Shown piece after piece: positions 56,501 through 63,034 of a stretch of DNA of 64,000 bases. The notes beneath the pieces are model-generated. The model was not told the DNA's origin. It did no database searches and was given only the letters and a program-made list of their open reading frames with translations. Both the position numbers and the translations under genes were made by a program. How positions within the stretch are numbered: the first letter of the stretch is position 1; each line of letters begins with the position of its first letter. Source of the stretch: an uncultured bacterium (lineage in GTDB: Bacteria; Acidobacteriota; Thermoanaerobaculia; Multivoradales; J023); assembly GCA_965366625.1 (NCBI GenBank), contig CBDUGP010000024.1:3767-67766 (forward strand), written 5' to 3'.

Positions 56501-57160
56501 CAACGGCGCGTCCTGCTGCTGGCGGACAACGACGACATGGGCGGCGATTTCTCCTCGGAAATCCAGCAAGTGGCGTCCCAGCTGTCACCGGAGCTACAGG
56601 TGGAGACCGGCTTCCTCGGTCTCGAAGGCGTCGGTGGGCTACGTGATCGTCTGACCGGCGCGCTCGATCGAGGGGTCGGGCTGGTGGACTGGATGGGTCA
56701 TGGCGGCCTGGATCGACTGGCGGAAGAAGGACTGCTGCTGAGCGCGGACGTGGCGCAGATGCAACACGTGAATCAACCGATCTTCGCCTTGCTCTCCTGC
56801 AACGTGGCTCGCTTCGAGCTGCCGGGATTCTGGAGCCTGGCCGAGGATCTGGTGCTCGCCGAAAGCGGCGGCATCGCGGTTATCGCACCCTCCGGTCTGG
56901 CCCTCGACATCGACAGCTTCGATGCCAATCAGATCCTCATGGAGGAGCTGTACAGCGGCGGTCACAACACCTTGGGTCAGGTCTTCCAAACCATGATTCA
57001 GCGCTTCGTAGGCGTCGCCCGCCTACCCTCCGATCCGCAGGTCTACATGCTCATCGGCGATCCGGGATTGCGAGCCGGCCAGTCCGGGCTTCCCGGAGCC
57101 CTGCTATTCGCCGATGGCTTCGAGACCGGCGATACGTCTAGGTGGAGTGCTCAGCCCTGA
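44573..57160 (+). CDS. Giant (4195 aa) secreted surface protein: 2x proprotein-convertase P-domain, DUF11-like repeat, about two dozen SdrD/Cna-B-type repeats, C-terminal peptidase C25 (gingipain-like) domain
   Basis: AAGGAAG RBS and signal peptide. P-domain signatures ('[17 protein letters not shown]...GVWTLQICD', present twice). Recurrent '[22 protein letters not shown]..VTVEL...TTTDANGNYLF' units. C-terminal His/Cys dyad ('VDWMGHGG' ... 'ALLSCNV' ... 'IGDPGL'). Confidence 0.85.
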   Translation: [4195 protein letters not shown]

Positions 57161-57975
57161 GCGACTTGGGCTCGAACCAGCTCAGGGTCCTTGCTCAGGA
57201 TCAGCAGGCGTGACCAGCGATGCCGTGGCCAGGACTTGCGGAAGCTCACTATTTGGTGGGGAATTCCTTCGAGCACCTCTAAGCGATCGAAACGATCGTG
57301 CAAGGTGAAGGCCCCGATCGAGCGCTCGTGCATGAGACTTAAGATGTCCGGAAGGAAGTGCTCGATCGACCAGTGGAAACCCACTGCAAAGAAGGAGTAG
57401 ATGAAGTCGTAAGGTCCGGGCATTTGGCCCAATTTGGCGTCCATGTCGGCGGCGTCGAAGATCTCGACCTCGTCGATGTTGTTGTGGGATAGGACCCTCT
57501 GCAGCGCTTCCAGGTTGCCGCAGAACGAATCTTTGAATCGCGGCCCGGCTTTGGTGTAGCGGGTGCTCTCACCGGTGCTTTCGTAAAGGTGGAAGGGCAC
57601 TTGCTGCCATTGCATCTTTTTCTTGAAGAAAACCACTGAGCGCCCCATGCCCGGGCCGATGTCGAGCACTTTGGAAGGGGTGGGGATACGTTCCAGAAAG
57701 GGTGCCAATGCTTCGTGCTCGCCCCAAGAAAGCCCGTTCTGATTGAGCTGCCAGAATCGGCGAGATTTCTCGTCGGCCGAGAGATGAAATTGCGGCGAGA
57801 TGAGTTTGATCGCCCCCACCAGATCGGGCTCAAATGGAGGAGCTTCAAAGATCAGCTCCTTTTCCCTCAGTTCAGGCTCGAGTTCGGAAATCGAGTGCCC
57901 CAGGCGGAGCCGTTTGCGTAGCTTGGTCGCGATGCCATGAAGAACACTGCTCATAGGTCGACGATTGCTGGGCAT
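57151..57975 (-). CDS. Class I SAM-dependent methyltransferase
   Basis: Motif I 'VLDIGPGMGRS'. 274 aa. The 3' end overlaps the giant gene by 10 nt, convergently. Confidence 0.65.
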   Translation of the reverse strand: MPSNRRPMSSVLHGIATKLRKRLRLGHSISELEPELREKELIFEAPPFEPDLVGAIKLISPQFHLSADEKSRRFWQLNQNGLSWGEHEALAPFLERIPTPSKVLDIGPGMGRSVVFFKKKMQWQQVPFHLYESTGESTRYTKAGPRFKDSFCGNLEALQRVLSHNNIDEVEIFDAADMDAKLGQMPGPYDFIYSFFAVGFHWSIEHFLPDILSLMHERSIGAFTLHDRFDRLEVLEGIPHQIVSFRKSWPRHRWSRLLILSKDPELVRAQVAQG

Positions 57976-58189
57976 GGTGACTCCAATCCGATGGAACGGG
58001 TGGTTGACCTTGCCTGGGTACGGGCAAAGGGGGCAAGGTTTATTCGCAGGAGCTTCTATGTTGAGTATTTCACGTCCCAGCCAGAGGGGTTCCGATTTCG
58101 GCCGACAAAAGACCGACGCCGGACGTGGTGTCCGGCGTCGGTTGGGTCAGACAGACTCTCGGGGCCCGCGGCCCCGGGTTCCGAGTGGT

Positions 58190-59746
58190 TTATTGGGCGG
58201 GGCGGTAGGGTCCTGCGTAGCCGTAGGCGGCGAGCAGGTCGAGGAAGGCTTGGGACGCGCCCTCTACGTCGGCTTGCTCGGCGAGGCGGATGAGTTCCTG
58301 GCCGCCCGTGCCTTGACGCTCTAGGGATTGTCGCAGGTAGGTGCCGGCCTTCTCGGAGCCGTATCGCTCGATCATTTCGAGCACCGTGGCTTCTGCCGCT
58401 TCGAAGTGACCGGACGACACTTGGTAGGCCGCGGTTCGCATCTTCATAAGGTCTTCGTCGGAGAGGTTGAAGACGATTCCGCCGGAGGTGTCCATGTAGA
58501 TGTTGCCCACCGCGGTGGCGATCGCATCGACGCCGGTGCGCTTGGCATTGCAGAACGCGGCCACGCCCACCTGCTCGTTGGGCCACATGATGATTTGGGT
58601 GCGGAAGCCGTCGATGGCACCGCCGTGATGGTAGGCCTCGCGACCCGCTTTGTCTTCGAGGAAGAGCCCCAGCCCGTAGTCCGGAGTGTTGGGAGCCAAT
58701 GCGCCGGGATTGGTGCGCATGTCCTGGAGGGTGGTGGAGGTGAGGATTTGGTTGTCGTCGAGGGCGATCAGCAGGCGTGACAGATCACCGATGGTCACGG
58801 ACCAGCCGCCTGACGGCCCTTGCCAACCGGAATAGTCGGTGTCGAGTTCCAGCCAGCCGCCGTCGTAACTCTGGGCGAGGTTCGGAATGTCGCCGATGCG
58901 CCAATATTGATCGAGGCAACCGGTGAGGCAGGCGTCTTGGGCGCCGCTCAACAACGACCACACGAAGTGCTCGTAACCCACGGGGCCGCCCGGAAAGAAT
59001 GCGTTTGAGGTGATTTGGTCCACCACCGCGCCGAGGATCGTATAACCGACGTTGGAGTAGGAAAATTTACCCATTAGTGCCGGAATCGGCTCGGCGTCCG
59101 TGGTGTTCAGGAATTCGTAGATGGCATGGCGTGGATGCTGGCTCGAATGGGGTTGACCGAAGAGAGCGTCGACTTGGGCGGCCGTTCGCGCCCCTGCCAG
59201 GTTGGGGTTGGGATCCCAGACGAACCCCCCGCGGTGGGAAAGCAGATCGCGGACGGTGACGTTGTCCCAAGCCGCGGGCACCGAATGGGGAAAGAACTGC
59301 GAAATGGGATCATTGTCCAGGTCGATATGGCCCATCTCTTCGAGGCGCATGGTGGCGATGGCGGTCAGGACTTTTGATACGGAGCCGATGCCGGCGACGG
59401 TGTTGACGGTGAAGGCGTCGTCGTCGAAGGGGTTTGCTTTGACGTTGAAGTCCGCCACGCCGTAACCCTTGAGGTAGACGATCTCGCCTTGGTCCACAAT
59501 GCCGACGGCGCAGCCCGGAAATTTGCCTTGCATGCGGGAGATCACCGCGTTGTCAATGTCGTCGTTGGTGCCCAGCTGGGCGGCGTCTTTGAGCTCGGTC
59601 ACCGAGTAGTTGACGTCCGGGCATTGGTCGTTGCTCATCGCGTCCTGGTTCGGGGCGCAGGCGACGGCGGTCAAGGTCGAAAGCAGCACCGCGGCAGCTC
59701 CGAGGCTGCGGATGAGTGGGGCTGGGGAGATATGTATGGGTTGCAT
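58190..59746 (-). CDS. Beta-lactamase-fold serine hydrolase (class C / esterase-like) with signal or lipoprotein N-terminus and extra C-terminal domain
   Basis: SxxK 'SVSKVLT', YxN 'YSNVGY' and the N-terminal 'LSTLTAVACAPN'. Confidence 0.75.
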   Translation of the reverse strand: MQPIHISPAPLIRSLGAAAVLLSTLTAVACAPNQDAMSNDQCPDVNYSVTELKDAAQLGTNDDIDNAVISRMQGKFPGCAVGIVDQGEIVYLKGYGVADFNVKANPFDDDAFTVNTVAGIGSVSKVLTAIATMRLEEMGHIDLDNDPISQFFPHSVPAAWDNVTVRDLLSHRGGFVWDPNPNLAGARTAAQVDALFGQPHSSQHPRHAIYEFLNTTDAEPIPALMGKFSYSNVGYTILGAVVDQITSNAFFPGGPVGYEHFVWSLLSGAQDACLTGCLDQYWRIGDIPNLAQSYDGGWLELDTDYSGWQGPSGGWSVTIGDLSRLLIALDDNQILTSTTLQDMRTNPGALAPNTPDYGLGLFLEDKAGREAYHHGGAIDGFRTQIIMWPNEQVGVAAFCNAKRTGVDAIATAVGNIYMDTSGGIVFNLSDEDLMKMRTAAYQVSSGHFEAAEATVLEMIERYGSEKAGTYLRQSLERQGTGGQELIRLAEQADVEGASQAFLDLLAAYGYAGPYRPAQ

Positions 59747-59992
59747 GGTTTGCTCCTAAGTATTTGGGGTCTCGAGAAAACCGGGGGTCGTTCCCGATTT
59801 ACCCCTAAAGCGCAAACCCGCAAAAAGTCCCTCAGGGATTTTCAAAAAAGTTGAGTCGGTGTGGGATTCGCCCTAAGGCGGTGGATTCTCGTTCAGCGCC
59901 ATCCAGCGGGAATTCGCCGAAAGGGCGTGCGGTTGTAGGCTTCGTCAGGCCCTCGGACGTTTCTGCCATCCAAGCTCATCCCCCGAAATCCC

Positions 59993-61630
59993 TTGGAGAC
60001 CCCTGTGCATTTGCCCTTGCATTCCGATTTGTTCGATCTCGATCTATTCGACAACCGCTTTACCCGGGAGCTGCCGGCGGATCCAGAGACGGATAACCAC
60101 CGTCGACAAGTGATGTCGGCCTGTTATTCGAGGGTCGAGCCGACAGCGGTCGCGGCGCCGAAGATGTTGGCCTATTCCCGGGAAATGGCGGAAGCTTTGA
60201 GTTTGTCGACGGAGGTGATGGAGTCCCAGGCGCTGGCGGATGTCCTGGCCGGTAACGCCCTGGCGGCGGGCATGGATCCTTATGCCATGTGTTACGGCGG
60301 GCATCAATTCGGCCATTGGGCGGGCCAGCTGGGGGACGGCCGAGCCATCTCCCTGGGTGAGATGGCCACCGACTCCGGACGGTGGGAGCTGCAGCTCAAA
60401 GGGGCCGGTCCGACGCCGTATTCCCGCGGCGCCGACGGCCGAGCGGTTCTGCGCTCGTCGGTGCGAGAATTCTTGTGCAGCGAGGCCATGTTCCATCTCG
60501 GCGTGCCCACCACTCGAGCTTTGAGCCTCACGCTCACGGGTGATCGCGTGATGCGGGATATGTTTTACGACGGGCGGCCCGAAGAAGAGCTGGGGGCCGT
60601 CGTTTGCCGTGTTGCTCCTTCGTTTTTGCGTTTCGGCAGCTACGAGATCTTCACCTCCCGCCGCGATACCGAATCGTTGAAGCGGTTGCTCGACTTCACC
60701 CTGCGCCTGCATTTTCCAGAGCTCGAAGGGGCCGAGCATCCGACGATCGACACCTACGTGGCGTGGTTTCGAGAAGTCTGCCGGCGCACGGCAAAAATGG
60801 TTGCCCACTGGCAGCGGGTGGGATTCGTGCACGGGGTCATGAACACGGACAATATGTCGGTGCTCGGCTTGACCATCGACTATGGGCCTTATGGTTGGCT
60901 CGACAACTACGATCCCGATTGGACCCCCAACACCACCGACGCCGAAGGTCGGCGTTATCGATTCGGTTATCAGCCCCATATCGCCCAGTGGAACCTCGCC
61001 CGTTTGGCGGAGGCGATTTTGCCGTTGGTGAAAGAGGTTGAGCCCCTCGAGCAGGCCTTGGCGGATTATGGGGAAATTTTTGCCGAGTCCACCCGCCGCT
61101 TCATGGGTGACAAATTGGGCTTGAAAGAGCTTGAGGAGGCGGAGGCGGATCACGTGTTGGTGGAGGATTTGCAGCAGGTCCTCACCTGTACGGAAACCGA
61201 CATGACGATTTTCCATCGTCGGCTGGCGGACGTCCCTGTGGACGGGGTCGACCCCGCCAAGGTGTCGGGCGAGGATTTGCTGGCCCCCCTGACCGAGGCC
61301 TATTACGACCAGGATCTCGACGCCGAGAGCACCTCGAAAATCGTCGATTGGCTGCGGCGCTACGTCCAGAGAGCCCAACAAGACGGTCGGCCCGGCTCCG
61401 AGCGGCGCCGGCAGATGCACGCCGCCAACCCGAAATACGTGCTCCGCAACTACCTGGCACAGCTCGCCATCGACCAAGCCGACGAGGGGGATCCCTCGTT
61501 GATCACCGAGCTGCTGGAGGTCATGCGAAAACCCTACGACGAGCAGCCGGAATACGAGAAATACGCGGAGAAACGTCCCGATTGGGCCCGCTCCCGCCCG
61601 GGTTGCTCCATGCTCTCGTGCAGCTCTTGA
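59993..61630 (+). CDS. selO: Protein adenylyltransferase/AMPylase SelO (YdiU)
   Basis: 'GGHQFGHWAGQLGDGRA', 'LKGAGPTPYSR' and 'HGVMNTDNMSVLGLTIDYGPYGW'. The start is uncertain: TTG at 59993 or GTG at 60005. Confidence 0.85.
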   Translation: METPVHLPLHSDLFDLDLFDNRFTRELPADPETDNHRRQVMSACYSRVEPTAVAAPKMLAYSREMAEALSLSTEVMESQALADVLAGNALAAGMDPYAMCYGGHQFGHWAGQLGDGRAISLGEMATDSGRWELQLKGAGPTPYSRGADGRAVLRSSVREFLCSEAMFHLGVPTTRALSLTLTGDRVMRDMFYDGRPEEELGAVVCRVAPSFLRFGSYEIFTSRRDTESLKRLLDFTLRLHFPELEGAEHPTIDTYVAWFREVCRRTAKMVAHWQRVGFVHGVMNTDNMSVLGLTIDYGPYGWLDNYDPDWTPNTTDAEGRRYRFGYQPHIAQWNLARLAEAILPLVKEVEPLEQALADYGEIFAESTRRFMGDKLGLKELEEAEADHVLVEDLQQVLTCTETDMTIFHRRLADVPVDGVDPAKVSGEDLLAPLTEAYYDQDLDAESTSKIVDWLRRYVQRAQQDGRPGSERRRQMHAANPKYVLRNYLAQLAIDQADEGDPSLITELLEVMRKPYDEQPEYEKYAEKRPDWARSRPGCSMLSCSS

Positions 61631-61683
61631 GGCGTGGCTGAGATCCGACCCGCAACCCACTGACAGTACCTGAGGCTTGGCCG

Positions 61684-62343
61684 ATGAACGATTCGAGGAT
61701 TTGGCTTTTCCACGCGCTCTATGTCGTCATAGGTGGCGCTTTCGTGTTGTTCCCGAGCCCCATTCCCATGGGCTGGCGGTTATTTGTCGCCGGGATCTCG
61801 TACAACATCGCATTACCGCTCTTCGCGGTTCGCAACGTCGAGCCGAAGTGGATCAGGATCTGGGGTTTTCTCTTGCCCCTCTCCCTGATGCAGATATTTC
61901 CGGATTGGTATTTGGCCGAGGCGCTCGGTACGTTGGAATTTCCCGACCTTCAATTTCCCAAGATCGGACCGGTCAGCGCTTTCATGGGTCTGCTCTGGAT
62001 CACGCCGCTTTTTTTGATCGTCGAGGCGGGTGAAGACCTGGCCGAGCGCGTCGGAAAACGGGCCGCGACGCTGTGGTGCGCGGCCCTATCCATTCTGATC
62101 TTCGGCGTCGCCGAGGCCACCCTGACCCTCATTCCCGTGTGGTATCCGGTCGGCGTCAAAACCTTGGGGCCTGTGGCCTTTTATGTGCTGATTCCCGAAG
62201 CGATCCTCGGTGCGTCCGCTTGGTGGGCATTCCGGATCACCGACAGTCGGTCGATCCTGCTGCGCCTTGGGGCGGCTGCTGCGGTCGTGCTGCTCTACAT
62301 CGCGACTCTGAGCTTGTCGTTTGCCCTGATCGAAGGTGGATGA
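61684..62343 (+). CDS. Polytopic inner-membrane protein of unknown function
   Basis: About 6 hydrophobic helices. 219 aa. Confidence 0.5.
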   Translation: MNDSRIWLFHALYVVIGGAFVLFPSPIPMGWRLFVAGISYNIALPLFAVRNVEPKWIRIWGFLLPLSLMQIFPDWYLAEALGTLEFPDLQFPKIGPVSAFMGLLWITPLFLIVEAGEDLAERVGKRAATLWCAALSILIFGVAEATLTLIPVWYPVGVKTLGPVAFYVLIPEAILGASAWWAFRITDSRSILLRLGAAAAVVLLYIATLSLSFALIEGG

Positions 62344-62418
62344 CACGGCGGTGCGGCTCAAAACCAGCGGCGGGCTCTGCAGGGTACTGCCGGGGTGCAT
62401 TAGGGGCTATTGTTGGGG

Positions 62419-62925
62419 CTAGTCGCCTACAATTTCAATGCTCGGCCACAGCTCTTTAAGCTTGCGGACCATTTGGCCCGGACGATCAGGAGTGACGACC
62501 ACCTTGCGCCGGCCCAAGTCGAGGACCACGGAGCTGTTCGGGTCGGTTGCGAAGGCCCTGTAGTTGCCCAGCTTTTTGTTGCGATAGATACCGCTGAACG
62601 AATAAAGGCCGCCATTGCCGAACAATCGCAAAGAGCGCTTCATGGCATCGGGATCTATCCAAACCCGTTGGAGGTCATCTAGAGGCACGTGGGTGGTCCA
62701 CATCAGCCGCTGGATTCGTAGCCCTTGGCGGTCAATTTCATAGCTTCGGACGATAAAGGCAAGAGCTCCGAGCAACACGATCACGGGGAATAGACCGGCG
62801 ATCACCAGGGTGGGACGTTCGTCGAGCATCATGGTGAGCAAGAACACGGACATACCGATCAGCAAGGCTGTTGCCGATCCGCTAATCCACTTCAGCGTGG
62901 TGCCCCAGGGGGCTTGGAAAGTCAT
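62419..62925 (-). CDS. Bacterial PH-domain (YdbS/bPH_2-like) membrane protein
   Basis: Two N-terminal TM helices followed by a ~100-aa PH-like domain. Confidence 0.55.
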   Translation of the reverse strand: MTFQAPWGTTLKWISGSATALLIGMSVFLLTMMLDERPTLVIAGLFPVIVLLGALAFIVRSYEIDRQGLRIQRLMWTTHVPLDDLQRVWIDPDAMKRSLRLFGNGGLYSFSGIYRNKKLGNYRAFATDPNSSVVLDLGRRKVVVTPDRPGQMVRKLKELWPSIEIVGD

Positions 62926-63034
62926 GACTCATCTCCTCTGCGCTTAAGATTCCGGTGGGTACGGATCGACGCCTCGGAATATTCGATTTCGTCGATCCCT
63001 AGGCGCGAGGACAAGGACCTGTTGGTTCCCCGGC

